Shown here one piece after another: positions 46,355 to 55,343 of a stretch of DNA of 64,000 nt (its first letter is position 1; each line of letters opens with the position of its first letter). The position numbers were made by a program, and so were the translations under genes. A model generated the notes under the pieces. That model ran no database searches. It was not told the DNA's origin and worked only from the letters and a program-made list of their open reading frames with translations. The DNA lies in the sequence record NC_048668.1; one strand, 5' to 3'.

Positions 46355-46795
46355 ATGTCTGAACATTCGCGCGTAGTTAACGAAGATGGCACCATTACTA
46401 TCTTCGTAAGTAAGTTAGGTGTCCCGTCTAAAATCGACGGACGGATCTATAACGCTTCGGAAGAAGTAATCGATAAGTTCACTAAGGACAACATCGGTAA
46501 AGTCGTAGGTACGTTTGGGCACCCGGACATGACCGGCTTTGTCGACGTCGCCAATTACTTCAAACGACTCGAAGCAAAAGATCTGTTTAACAGCATCGGG
46601 ATCTTGGTAGACGCCAACCTTAAGGTAGACGAGCCGTATCTCGTAATCGAACCGAGCAAGCGCCTCAAAAAGATGGTTGACGATAACGTACCATTTGGGC
46701 TGGGTATACGCGCTATTGTGATCGCGCATTCTCTTGAGTCGAACAATGTTCTGACTATTGAAAAACTCATCGGCTACGATGTCGTCACTAAGTAA
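46355..46795 (+). CDS. Hypothetical protein resembling a prohead-protease domain (likely inactive)
   Basis: DGRIY, GTFGHP, Y.KRL and F.LGIR...GYD motifs. Confidence 0.6.
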   Translation: MSEHSRVVNEDGTITIFVSKLGVPSKIDGRIYNASEEVIDKFTKDNIGKVVGTFGHPDMTGFVDVANYFKRLEAKDLFNSIGILVDANLKVDEPYLVIEPSKRLKKMVDDNVPFGLGIRAIVIAHSLESNNVLTIEKLIGYDVVTK

Positions 46796-46805
46796 CTAAA
46801 AACAT

Positions 46806-46821
46806 GAGGGCTTCGGCCCTC
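46806..46821 (+). terminator. Terminator hairpin (TTCG loop)
   Basis: GAGGGC-TTCG-GCCCTC. Confidence 0.65.
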
Positions 46822-46845
46822 TATTATTTTTGTCAGGAGATCACC

Positions 46846-47397
46846 ATGGCTAACAAAACGAGAGAACAGCTGCTCGAAGAATTGAAAGTAGCAATTAACG
46901 CAAACGTCCAACATTGCTCCCGCATCGCAAAAACAAAAGAAGAAGCGGCCGTCATGGTCGCCGGGTCTATCCTCCGTATTCTGGACGGGGTAACTTCTTC
47001 TTTCCCTCACGCAGTTAACCTGGTGGCTAACGCGAACACGAAAGAGGATAAAGATTATCTTCGCTCAACTAACCGTGATTGGCTGAGTGAGGACACCGAC
47101 TTTACTCCGATGGATTATATCTATAAAACGATAACGATCGATTACCAGCCTGCAGATTTCTTCCCGTCTTTAGTTAAGCGCTATAAAGACATGGCTATGT
47201 CGCTTAATCTGGAAGACCCTACTATGACAGGTAGTCATTTGGTCTGGATGTTAGAAGAGCTGGCTTCTAATGAGGATCAGTCCGATACCAAGAAACATCG
47301 TTGGTTAGGTTACATCCAGGGCATCCTTATTGCGCACGGCGTAACTACCGTCGATAAAGAACGTAACTTTACTCGGAGGATCTTCAATGGTGCGTAA
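46846..47397 (+). CDS. Hypothetical protein (K.HRWLGYIQG.L C-terminal motif)
   Basis: AGGAG RBS before ATG 46846. Confidence 0.7.
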   Translation: MANKTREQLLEELKVAINANVQHCSRIAKTKEEAAVMVAGSILRILDGVTSSFPHAVNLVANANTKEDKDYLRSTNRDWLSEDTDFTPMDYIYKTITIDYQPADFFPSLVKRYKDMAMSLNLEDPTMTGSHLVWMLEELASNEDQSDTKKHRWLGYIQGILIAHGVTTVDKERNFTRRIFNGA

Positions 47398-47512
47398 GGT
47401 TTGGGAACGTCGATTAGAGATCATTATCGTTTTGGTCTTTGTTGTTTGTATCCCAGCCGCAGTGGTTGCGGCATTGATGTTCCTTCTGGAAATGAACGGT
47501 AGCCTTAAATGA
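47387..47512 (+). CDS. 41-aa single-TM peptide (not in ORF track)
   Basis: GGAGG RBS; hydrophobic core. Confidence 0.5.
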   Translation: MVRKVWERRLEIIIVLVFVVCIPAAVVAALMFLLEMNGSLK

Positions 47513-47634
47513 ATTCTAAAGAAAACTTCATTTCGTGGATTAACTCGATAGTAACCGCTGCGGTAATTGCGCTGCCGGTACTAATCTCGATGATCTTACT
47601 CCTTTACTTTTCTACTGGTGGGGAAGTCTACTGA
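47509..47634 (+). CDS. 41-aa single-TM peptide (not in ORF track)
   Basis: ATGA overlap at its start and TGATG overlap at its end. Confidence 0.5.
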   Translation: MNSKENFISWINSIVTAAVIALPVLISMILLLYFSTGGEVY

Positions 47635-48095
47635 TGTTCCTTGAAACGTATCGTGATATGTGGAGATCCTTCTATACTCGCTACCGTTACGAAGGGGCAA
47701 AAGGAAAGGTCTTTAAATTCGCCGTATCTGAAGACGTGGCCGATACCTTAGATAAACGCATGGCGGTAATATTCCTAAAAGAGCCTGGTCAAGAACCTAA
47801 GCTCCTTTGGGTCTATTACAACGAACCCATTTACCCTACAGTTTTCATCAGAGCGCTGAAGGCTGCGGGCGTTATTAAAGAGGGTATCGGTTACGAACAC
47901 GGCTGTGCCGCCAATCTCAGCGTGTCTAGACACTCTCGTAGCGATGTCTGGCAGATCTACACGGGTTCGCGGCCATTGTTGAAAGTAGGGTTGTTTAGCT
48001 CTACGTTCTACGCCAAAGCTATCGATCATGTCGGCTTCTTGGTAAATGACCATAAAGCCTTTCTCAAATTCTGTACTAATAAGGGTCTAAAATGA
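47634..48095 (+). CDS. Hypothetical protein
   Basis: Translationally coupled ORF, 153 aa. Confidence 0.7.
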   Translation: MFLETYRDMWRSFYTRYRYEGAKGKVFKFAVSEDVADTLDKRMAVIFLKEPGQEPKLLWVYYNEPIYPTVFIRALKAAGVIKEGIGYEHGCAANLSVSRHSRSDVWQIYTGSRPLLKVGLFSSTFYAKAIDHVGFLVNDHKAFLKFCTNKGLK

Positions 48096-49162
48096 GCATT
48101 GCTACATTAGAGAAATATAAAAAAGGTTTCCATGAATCTAAGCGCTTTACTCCTTGGATGGTTAACTTTGCCGAGGGTTTCATCGACCTATTCCTCGTAG
48201 CAGATGGGGAGTACTCTTATTTGTTGAGTAGTCGTTTTACGTTACACGAGCTGAGTGGTCACATCTCCGACCAACCTGCGTTACTCGCAGCGGTCACGGC
48301 CATATGGCAGTCAAATCCTAATCTGGTTCGCGTCGTACTGCGCGTTTGTGATCTTTTACAAAACGGTCATCAACTCGACGTACTAGAAGAGATCGATCCA
48401 AGTAAGGTTAAGTACGACCAGATGTCGGACGTAACCTATTACGAAGGTTACGATATCGTTAAACAGGGTGATGAGTGGCTGGCGGTCTATCGTTCGAGAG
48501 TCCATCCTAGCGATACTTACAGCACCTGGCAAAGTTTCGGGGAACGTACTCCGGTTAAGTTCCCATACGACCCGCTGGATGAAGCGGAGAAGACTTACTA
48601 CACGACCCCGTATATCTCTCTTCCGTCGGGCGGTGAGGAACTGGAGTATACGGCTATTCCTAAAGGGACGGATGTTGATCTTTGGTTAGCTGAACAGGCA
48701 ACTAAGTACTACTACGGCGTTAAGTATACCGAATATGGCAGTACTGTCTGTTTCCTTACTGCGGAGCAAGTAACTGCAGTTGCTGAATTGTGGGTAGGTA
48801 AACTCTCCACTGATGCGTTGGTTAAATCGTTAGAAGCAAAAGATCCGATGCTAGCTCACCAGATCTTACAGCTCTACGGCATGATCTATATTCCGTCTAT
48901 CCATCTCCCGCCGCTCTACGTAGGTCATGTGCATACTCACCTGCCGGGTATCATGTCACCTGCGCCTAAGTACGACAGTTTTGTACTGGCTGTCGATCCG
49001 GATAAGGTTCCAGCCTTCCTGGATAAAATGGGTACGCGTTACGAGGCGTTCTTTGCTCGTGACGAAAAAGGAAACTACCAACCTGCTAAAGTCAAGCATC
49101 TCAAAATGACTGAGGTTGACATCGGTAGCCTGAAGTTGAAGACCTTCCCTTCTAAACTTTAA
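48092..49162 (+). CDS. Hypothetical protein
   Basis: ATGA overlap; 356 aa. Confidence 0.75.
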   Translation: MSIATLEKYKKGFHESKRFTPWMVNFAEGFIDLFLVADGEYSYLLSSRFTLHELSGHISDQPALLAAVTAIWQSNPNLVRVVLRVCDLLQNGHQLDVLEEIDPSKVKYDQMSDVTYYEGYDIVKQGDEWLAVYRSRVHPSDTYSTWQSFGERTPVKFPYDPLDEAEKTYYTTPYISLPSGGEELEYTAIPKGTDVDLWLAEQATKYYYGVKYTEYGSTVCFLTAEQVTAVAELWVGKLSTDALVKSLEAKDPMLAHQILQLYGMIYIPSIHLPPLYVGHVHTHLPGIMSPAPKYDSFVLAVDPDKVPAFLDKMGTRYEAFFARDEKGNYQPAKVKHLKMTEVDIGSLKLKTFPSKL

Positions 49163-49170
49163 AACATAGA

Positions 49171-49192
49171 CGAGTAGGGGAAACCCTACTCG
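49171..49192 (+). terminator. Terminator hairpin (GAAA loop)
   Basis: CGAGTAGGG-GAAA-CCCTACTCG followed by CTTTT. Confidence 0.75.
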
Positions 49193-49230
49193 CTTTTAAC
49201 GTATCGCCGACTACTATAGAGAGGTGTTAC

Positions 49231-49917
49231 ATGGAACAATTAATTGAGTTTGCTAAGACGTTCGCAATCGCTGCTCATTCTGCAATCGGGCAAAAGAGAA
49301 AGGGTAGCGACATCCCTTACTGGAGACATCCAGAGCAAGTCGCCAATATCGTAAGTCGTTACCATCCGATTCCTTCGCTCATCGCGGCAGCGTGGCTCCA
49401 CGACGTATTGGAGGATACTCAGTCGGAGAAGCGGGACATTGCTTATGCGTTCTTGAATTCAAGGACGTTGCTGGATAAGGCAAGTAGTGAGATGACGATG
49501 GCTATGAATATACTGACTGAACTTACCGATGAGTTCAAGGGTACTCCTGGCGTTAATCGTCTGTACCGTGTTTCAGCAGAAATCCTTCGCCATTCTCGTT
49601 GCGACCTGGATGGATTTTGGGTCGTTAAGATTGGGGACGTACTCTCTAATCTTTCGTGTAAGGATACCGTAGATCTTTCTTTCCTTCCGGTGTTCTTGTC
49701 AGAGACGTATACGTTAATGACTATGGCGCCGGAGCGCATCAAGGCTTTACCTATTTATCTCGATCTCATGACCGAGTTCGATAAGTATGAAGAAGAGGTT
49801 CAATTCAAAGAATCGCTTCGAACCGCTACTTACCGTGTAGCGATAAAAACGCTTAACGCTAAATTCCCAAAACCTTTTACTCAGGAGCAACTCCGTGACT
49901 ACTTCACTTCGAAATGA
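49231..49917 (+). CDS. HD-domain hydrolase of Mesh1/SpoT (small alarmone hydrolase) type
   Basis: A..FA..AH..Q.RK....PY..HP..VA, AAWLHDVLEDT and VKIGD.LSN motifs. Confidence 0.8.
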   Translation: MEQLIEFAKTFAIAAHSAIGQKRKGSDIPYWRHPEQVANIVSRYHPIPSLIAAAWLHDVLEDTQSEKRDIAYAFLNSRTLLDKASSEMTMAMNILTELTDEFKGTPGVNRLYRVSAEILRHSRCDLDGFWVVKIGDVLSNLSCKDTVDLSFLPVFLSETYTLMTMAPERIKALPIYLDLMTEFDKYEEEVQFKESLRTATYRVAIKTLNAKFPKPFTQEQLRDYFTSK

Positions 49918-50341
49918 TTTCCCACAAGTTCACTTTAACCTGCTGTCTTCTTACGGTCTGGCAGAAGCTTCGGTCGGCTTCATCGACGGTCAACTGAAAC
50001 GTAACAACGGCTCTCTGATGGCGCTTAAAGCGAACATGGTAACTAACGTTGCCCGTGCGCTGTATCACAGCGACTATCGCCAGGAACGTACCATCGGGGA
50101 AATCAAAGAGCAACTTCGCTCTATGAGTCTTTACGAGCTGGGTGTGTTGGGCTATGCGATGACTATCGGGGAAGATAACTTCACCTTTGGTTATATCCAG
50201 AACGACGAAGCGCCAACTGCGACTACCGTTGCCGAGCTGCTGCGCGAAATCCAATCTGCGTTCACCGAGCGCGGTAACACCGTAGCCGATAATATCCTGG
50301 CTGCACTCGTAACCGAATATGACAACAAGGCCCTCAACTGA
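49895..50341 (+). CDS. Hypothetical protein
   Basis: AGGAG RBS, GTG start; strong codon bias. Confidence 0.7.
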   Translation: MTTSLRNDFPQVHFNLLSSYGLAEASVGFIDGQLKRNNGSLMALKANMVTNVARALYHSDYRQERTIGEIKEQLRSMSLYELGVLGYAMTIGEDNFTFGYIQNDEAPTATTVAELLREIQSAFTERGNTVADNILAALVTEYDNKALN

Positions 50342-50691
50342 TGTCTACGCCATACGAGCAGTTAGTTGTAAACAGAGCGGCCGGGGTTTCTATCCGCTAC
50401 TCCAACTTCAAGGACGACCAAAGCCTGGATCATTGCAAAATGGTAAACCGGGCTTACCATAGCTCGGATGAGGACATCGTTGTAGGTGACTTCAAAGAGG
50501 GTGATATTATCGTAGCGCTGAGTGTCAGGATGAATCAACCTGAACCAAAGAAGAACACTTGGAGCACTCAGTACTACCGCACCTTTATGCTGCGTGTGTT
50601 CGCTAAAACAAACAGCGAAGCATTCAAAGCTGCAAACAAATATCTGGATGAACATCCGGAGCTGATTAAAACCATCCCGCAAGGAGAGTAA
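50341..50691 (+). CDS. Hypothetical protein
   Basis: TGATG coupling; 116 aa. Confidence 0.7.
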   Translation: MSTPYEQLVVNRAAGVSIRYSNFKDDQSLDHCKMVNRAYHSSDEDIVVGDFKEGDIIVALSVRMNQPEPKKNTWSTQYYRTFMLRVFAKTNSEAFKAANKYLDEHPELIKTIPQGE

Positions 50692-50852
50692 TATGGACGA
50701 AGGCCAAGATACCAACTCAGGAATAATTTGGGGTGTTGGGTTAATCCTGGCGTCCTTATTCATCATCTTTACTCTGGTCTGCGCTATAATCTGGAGAGCC
50801 GTTGGTTCCCTGGGCAGCGCAACCATCACATTCATCAAACGGGGTACTCGTT

Positions 50853-51170
50853 ATGTACTACGACGGTAATGAGTTACGTGAGCGTTTCGTTGCTGATATC
50901 AAAAAGATCGCTGATGAAGTTCGTGAAGGGACAAGTCACGATAAAGTCGGCCAAGTAGTCAAAGAGCTACTTGAATACATGGACGGTACTCACAAGCTCA
51001 GTGTCAATCCGATGCTCCTCTACGTTGATGCCATGGAGCAAGATAAGATCAATAAGTTAATGATGGCTGGTGATCAGATTATTGAAGATCCTATCTGCAT
51101 TAACACGGGCGAATATCTCGCCCCTCACTTTAAGGTGAAGCGCGATGACCCAAAGTCGATACACGAGTAA
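50853..51170 (+). CDS. Hypothetical protein
   Basis: GGGG RBS before ATG 50853. Confidence 0.65.
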   Translation: MYYDGNELRERFVADIKKIADEVREGTSHDKVGQVVKELLEYMDGTHKLSVNPMLLYVDAMEQDKINKLMMAGDQIIEDPICINTGEYLAPHFKVKRDDPKSIHE

Positions 51171-51486
51171 AGACCTCAATATGGAAGTCTTTGCTCAGGA
51201 ACTGGAGCAGGGCTATCTGCACGAAGATATAGCGTACCGCTACGATGTTCCGGTAAGTGACATTGAACGGATGCATAAACTCATACGGTTGACCGAGTAT
51301 TCCGCCCGTACTGGGAATGCTATTTGCTTCCCGTTGCCATCGTTCGCATTTCCTGCCGATGAGTCTACTGCGGATCTTTTGCGCTATACTCCACGCAGCC
51401 CAAGGATGGACTCGGTTAATTTGAATCTCACCATGGATGAAATCCTCGACGATCGTTGTCCGGGTGAGATCTATCTGGAGAAGTAA
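51145..51486 (+). CDS. Hypothetical protein with HTH-like segment
   Basis: LEQGYLHEDIAYRYDVPVSDIE. Confidence 0.6.
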   Translation: MTQSRYTSKDLNMEVFAQELEQGYLHEDIAYRYDVPVSDIERMHKLIRLTEYSARTGNAICFPLPSFAFPADESTADLLRYTPRSPRMDSVNLNLTMDEILDDRCPGEIYLEK

Positions 51487-51487
51487 A

Positions 51488-51946
51488 ATGAAATTTGCTT
51501 TCTACAAGGGTCAGCGAGGTAAGTTTACTAAGGCTAACCGCGCATTGACTTCAATGGCTAATATCAAGGTCGGTGTCTCTGCTAGTCTGGGTTTCAACAA
51601 CACAGTGATCTATACTGACGGCGGTACACTTAATGTCTTGATGCTTGGCGATCGGATGTTACGCACCTCGGTGATTTATGTCAAGTCACTCAAACCGAAA
51701 CGCATCCCTGGCAAAGACGGGAATGTGACATTCACTTCGGTTAGTATCGATACGGATATCGTAGGTTACGGTGATCTTGGCCTGACTTCTGGTTTCCGTG
51801 TATTGGGTGAGCGTATCGTCAATGAGATTAATCGTGGTACCTTCGACGTGGCGAAACTTATTTACTGTCGCGACCATGGTCACTCTACCGTAACTGAAGG
51901 CTTGGCTGAAACAGAGCCAGGCGAAGAGTTTTACGTTAAGGCGTAA
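51488..51946 (+). CDS. Hypothetical protein
   Basis: GGAG RBS before ATG 51488. Confidence 0.7.
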   Translation: MKFAFYKGQRGKFTKANRALTSMANIKVGVSASLGFNNTVIYTDGGTLNVLMLGDRMLRTSVIYVKSLKPKRIPGKDGNVTFTSVSIDTDIVGYGDLGLTSGFRVLGERIVNEINRGTFDVAKLIYCRDHGHSTVTEGLAETEPGEEFYVKA

Positions 51947-52054
51947 TTAAATGTCAACTAACCGTTCTCGCCAGCGGGCGAATACTTATTCCGAAAAACT
52001 ACCTAGCCCTAGGGGATAGTCTTCTAGGGCTGATGGTTATTTGGAATATCAATA

Positions 52055-52300
52055 ATGTCAAATCGTACTCGTGCTTTCCGTCGTTACAAACGTGAACTTA
52101 AGAAACAAGCTGTTCGTCGCTATGGCGTTGCTGGTTACTGGTTCAATGGCGATAATCCCGTTAGTGACAAAGTCGTTATCGGTAAGGTTGCTACGACACC
52201 TAAAGCATGTAGTTGCTGGATGTGCGCCAATCACGGTAAGGTATTCGGTGAGCGTTTCTCCGATACTCGTCGTAAGTTGAAGCACACCGGCGGTGAGTAA
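52055..52300 (+). CDS. Small basic protein with CSCWMC motif
   Basis: Arg/Lys-rich; Cys cluster. Confidence 0.7.
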   Translation: MSNRTRAFRRYKRELKKQAVRRYGVAGYWFNGDNPVSDKVVIGKVATTPKACSCWMCANHGKVFGERFSDTRRKLKHTGGE

Positions 52301-52307
52301 TCATAAC

Positions 52308-52329
52308 GGCTAGGGGAAATCCCCTAGCC
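52308..52329 (+). terminator. Terminator hairpin
   Basis: GGCTAGGGG-AAAT-CCCCTAGCC. Confidence 0.7.
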
Positions 52330-52349
52330 TATTTCTGGAGTTATACAAG

Positions 52350-52655
52350 ATGGTCATGATGTCTTTACCTACCGCAATCGTTGCTGCAAGTGACATGGAA
52401 GAAACCTTTGGTGAAACCGTTACTCATGGCGGATTCTCCGATAACGGTATGTTCCTTCTGTCTAACGACGGTAAGTTCCGTAACATCGTAGGGAGTAGCG
52501 ATGACGGCCGTAAGCTCTGGGCTGAATTAACTAAAGCCCGTACCTCTGGTAAACCTATCCTCTGGGGTACAGGTTTATTCAGTGACGAGTTAGTACTGAA
52601 AGGGTTCGGTGAGGAACTCGATAAGTCTTACCGTAAAAGTTACCAAATGAAATAA
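52350..52655 (+). CDS. Hypothetical protein
   Basis: GGAG RBS; 101 aa. Confidence 0.65.
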   Translation: MVMMSLPTAIVAASDMEETFGETVTHGGFSDNGMFLLSNDGKFRNIVGSSDDGRKLWAELTKARTSGKPILWGTGLFSDELVLKGFGEELDKSYRKSYQMK

Positions 52656-52682
52656 ATCTCACATCTATATCACTCTATTGAT
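52643..52682 (+). promoter_or_regulatory. Early-promoter-like motif copy 7
   Basis: CTATATCACTCTATTGAT at 52665-52682; the upstream box is partial. Confidence 0.5.
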
Positions 52683-52748
52683 AACGAATCAAATAAATGT
52701 TTTCGTTATCAATAACCATTCATTCAAACTGCAAAATAGGAGACTAAC

Positions 52749-53096
52749 ATGTCTAATGCAAACCAAACTAAAACCACCTTCTCTCTCGCTGATATCGAAG
52801 CTCAGGTCATGGAACTCGAAGGTATCCGTATCGTCTTCCACGCTCCATCTCGCTTGAAACTTACCGGCGTTTCCTACGCTGATAAATACAGCAACAAAGT
52901 TGCCCATAACGGTAATGCGACTTTGCTCATCAACCGCGTGAAAGCAGTTATCAAAGGCGCTGTGAACGGTAACCAGCGCGGCTGGCTTTCCACCTACCCA
53001 ATCACCGAAATCGATTTCGTTATCGTCGACGGTACCGGTAACGTACCTAACGGCGGCACGCACATCAAAACCATCCGTGATTCTTACTCTAAGTAA
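52749..53096 (+). CDS. Conserved phage hypothetical protein in a monocistronic early unit
   Basis: AGGAG RBS; E..V.ELEGIRIV...IVDG.G..P.G.T.I.TIRDSY; very strong codon bias. Confidence 0.8.
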   Translation: MSNANQTKTTFSLADIEAQVMELEGIRIVFHAPSRLKLTGVSYADKYSNKVAHNGNATLLINRVKAVIKGAVNGNQRGWLSTYPITEIDFVIVDGTGNVPNGGTHIKTIRDSYSK

Positions 53097-53109
53097 TAAT
53101 CAATAAATA

Positions 53110-53127
53110 AAGGGGCTTCGGCTCCTT
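53110..53127 (+). terminator. Terminator hairpin (TTCG loop)
   Basis: AAGGGGC-TTCG-GCTCCTT followed by a T tract. Confidence 0.75.
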
Positions 53128-53155
53128 TATTTTTTTGTTCAATTTGGAGATACTC

Positions 53156-53590
53156 ATGGCTTTAGCAAATGAACCGGCTGGGGAAGTTGTACTCGTCAGC
53201 TGCAAGGTTAAGTCTCTCGGACTAGAGTTCATCTCCGAGTTGACTTACAAAATGGAAGAAGACGTTTCAGTTATCGCTGGGCAATCTGTTCAGCGTTTAT
53301 TGAACGAGGTACGTAAGTTAGCTGCTAGCGTTAACAAACGAACTTTCTTTCTGATCTACCCATGGGAGTTCCTGAAGGTTTCTTGCGAATCAGATATCGA
53401 TTATATCTCCTTATTCGAGGAGGCTATAAAAGATACTCTGGTTACCCTCTTGATCTTCCACAAACCGTCCACATTCAAATATAACGACGGTACCCATCCA
53501 AAGTTACGGGGTAAAATTAAAACCTCGTACAGGCTCTCTAAGACAGAATTCTCACGCACCATCGTAAAGGTAAAAGGAAAATTATGTTGA
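53156..53590 (+). CDS. Hypothetical protein
   Basis: GGAG RBS before ATG 53156. Confidence 0.65.
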   Translation: MALANEPAGEVVLVSCKVKSLGLEFISELTYKMEEDVSVIAGQSVQRLLNEVRKLAASVNKRTFFLIYPWEFLKVSCESDIDYISLFEEAIKDTLVTLLIFHKPSTFKYNDGTHPKLRGKIKTSYRLSKTEFSRTIVKVKGKLC

Positions 53591-53952
53591 CTCGCTATGA
53601 ACGTATTGAGTTTCTCCTTAAGTCAACGGGCTCGGATATTAAGGTAGTTCGCCGGAACCTACCAAAGATCAGCGATCAGCTTCGTAAGAAGTGGAATACT
53701 CGCGGTCTGATATTTGATGCCATTGATTCTAATGGCCGTGCATTAGAGATGCGCCTGCTTCTTATCTACTTCAGAATCCCTGAAGGTAAGCTGTTGAAGT
53801 TAAACTGGCGTAAGTTTAAGAAATCTGTATCCAAGGAACTAGGTCAGGAATTCGTCCAATGTTTCAATCGCCCCAAACCGCATTGGATCGTTTCAAAGAT
53901 CTCTGAGGATCGCGACTACTTTAATGTCTGGGTTTCAGATAAAAAACCATAG
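53584..53952 (+). CDS. Hypothetical basic protein
   Basis: AAGGA RBS; 122 aa. Confidence 0.65.
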   Translation: MLTRYERIEFLLKSTGSDIKVVRRNLPKISDQLRKKWNTRGLIFDAIDSNGRALEMRLLLIYFRIPEGKLLKLNWRKFKKSVSKELGQEFVQCFNRPKPHWIVSKISEDRDYFNVWVSDKKP

Positions 53953-54000
53953 TGCCTCCGAAAGGACGGCACAAAAGAAAGGGCCGAAGCCCTTTCTTTT
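53952..54000. terminator. Double hairpin, bidirectional terminator at the strand switch
   Basis: GTGCC-TCC-GAAA-GGA-C-GGCAC, then AAAAGAAAGGGC-CGAA-GCCCTTTCTTTT. Confidence 0.8.
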
Positions 54001-54018
54001 TTTTGCTTTTTTGATGAC

Positions 54019-55290
54019 TTAGTCGATGCACTTCTCGATCAGGTCAAGTTCTGCGTTAGCCACTTTGAAGAAGTGACTGGTGTACGCAGCTACCGGGCCG
54101 GTGTAGCAACGAGTGTACATGCGAGACATGGAGTTAACCAGAGCCCACATGGAACGAGTGTCTTCGCCTTCCAGGATCCAGGTGATAACACCAGACAGTT
54201 CAGCAGATGCCCAGTCGATGTTTGCCATGGCGTTGGTTTTGGAGAAGGTTGCCAGGGTACCTGATGCAGTTTTCAGTTTACGGATGATGCCAGTTGCACT
54301 GGACTTATCCATGCCCTTGAACTTAACGGCGGAAGAGTGGTCGTTACTGGCCGGTCCGATATCAACCAGAGTCTTCTTAGCTGCGTTAGGGATCTGGTTA
54401 GCTTCAGTTACCTGAGTACCGAAGTTAGAACCCACGTAGAAAGAACCCAGCTCTTTGGAGTTTTCACCGTACAGGCCTTTGGCTTGTTTCTGGAAGTCGT
54501 TGAACAACTTAACCAGTTTGCCACGCAGGTCATCGCGCAGACGGTCATTGTCTTTACCGCGACCAGAGTTACGAGCAGCCTGGACTACTACTTCCAGGAA
54601 TTTGTCGTATTCACCAGCGGTCAGTTTGGACAGACCTACACCTTTACCCTGGACATTACGGATGAAGGTTTCCACAGCAGAGTTCAGAGCAGCGGCGTTA
54701 TCGATCTGATCGTTACCTACGGTCAGGGCGCGTTTAGCCAGAGCTTTAGGAACGTCGACTTCTTCTTTGAATTCGCCGGAACCTACTTTACTTTCTACTT
54801 CCTGAATACGTTTCTTCAGAGCACCCAGGCGAGTGAAGGTTGATTTCATGAAGTCGGTGAAGGCATCTTTCGCAGATTCTACCAGATCACCAACGGCGCC
54901 GACCAGGGCTTTGATTTTGTCCTGGAAGCCTTCCAGGGAAACGGTGGAGTCTACATACGCTTCCATTGAAGGCATGACTTCTTCCACTTCGATACCGGTG
55001 CCGTCCAGGTTAGCGGCGGTCGCTTGTTCGATCAGCGCAACTTCGTTGATCGGGGTATTTTGGTTTGGGTTGATTTCGCTTTCGATGAACTCGCACATGT
55101 CGGTCATGCGATCGGCGCGGTCGGTCAGATTCTCTGACTCATCCAGGCGGTCAGCGATACCGTTGCGGCCTTCTTCCAATTCAACTGCCAGTTCGGCGTC
55201 ATCGACATAATCAGGGATGTCGATTGATTCAAACGCTGGGCAGGAGAATTCTTCGCGTTTCTGTTGGATGATATTCCGGGTGTGTTTCAT
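54019..55290 (-). CDS. phiKZ-type internal head (ejection) protein, 423 aa
   Basis: Acidic N-terminal propeptide with AFES, AVE and VSLEG prohead-protease-type cleavage motifs, followed by a helical K/E-rich segment and a globular C-terminal domain. Confidence 0.75.
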   Translation of the reverse strand: MKHTRNIIQQKREEFSCPAFESIDIPDYVDDAELAVELEEGRNGIADRLDESENLTDRADRMTDMCEFIESEINPNQNTPINEVALIEQATAANLDGTGIEVEEVMPSMEAYVDSTVSLEGFQDKIKALVGAVGDLVESAKDAFTDFMKSTFTRLGALKKRIQEVESKVGSGEFKEEVDVPKALAKRALTVGNDQIDNAAALNSAVETFIRNVQGKGVGLSKLTAGEYDKFLEVVVQAARNSGRGKDNDRLRDDLRGKLVKLFNDFQKQAKGLYGENSKELGSFYVGSNFGTQVTEANQIPNAAKKTLVDIGPASNDHSSAVKFKGMDKSSATGIIRKLKTASGTLATFSKTNAMANIDWASAELSGVITWILEGEDTRSMWALVNSMSRMYTRCYTGPVAAYTSHFFKVANAELDLIEKCID

Positions 55291-55322
55291 GGTAGTCTCT
55301 AGTCCTTGGATACGGATAAAAA

Positions 55323-55338
55323 GGCCGGTAAACCGGCC
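55323..55338 (-). terminator. Terminator hairpin
   Basis: GGCCGG / CCGGCC followed by T5 on the minus strand. Confidence 0.65.
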
Positions 55339-55343
55339 ATTTG

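Noticed and set aside
50693-50870. Apparent frameshift in a small membrane ORF
   Set aside because: Can be explained without a frameshift by a TTG start after AGGA (MGVGLILASLF...).
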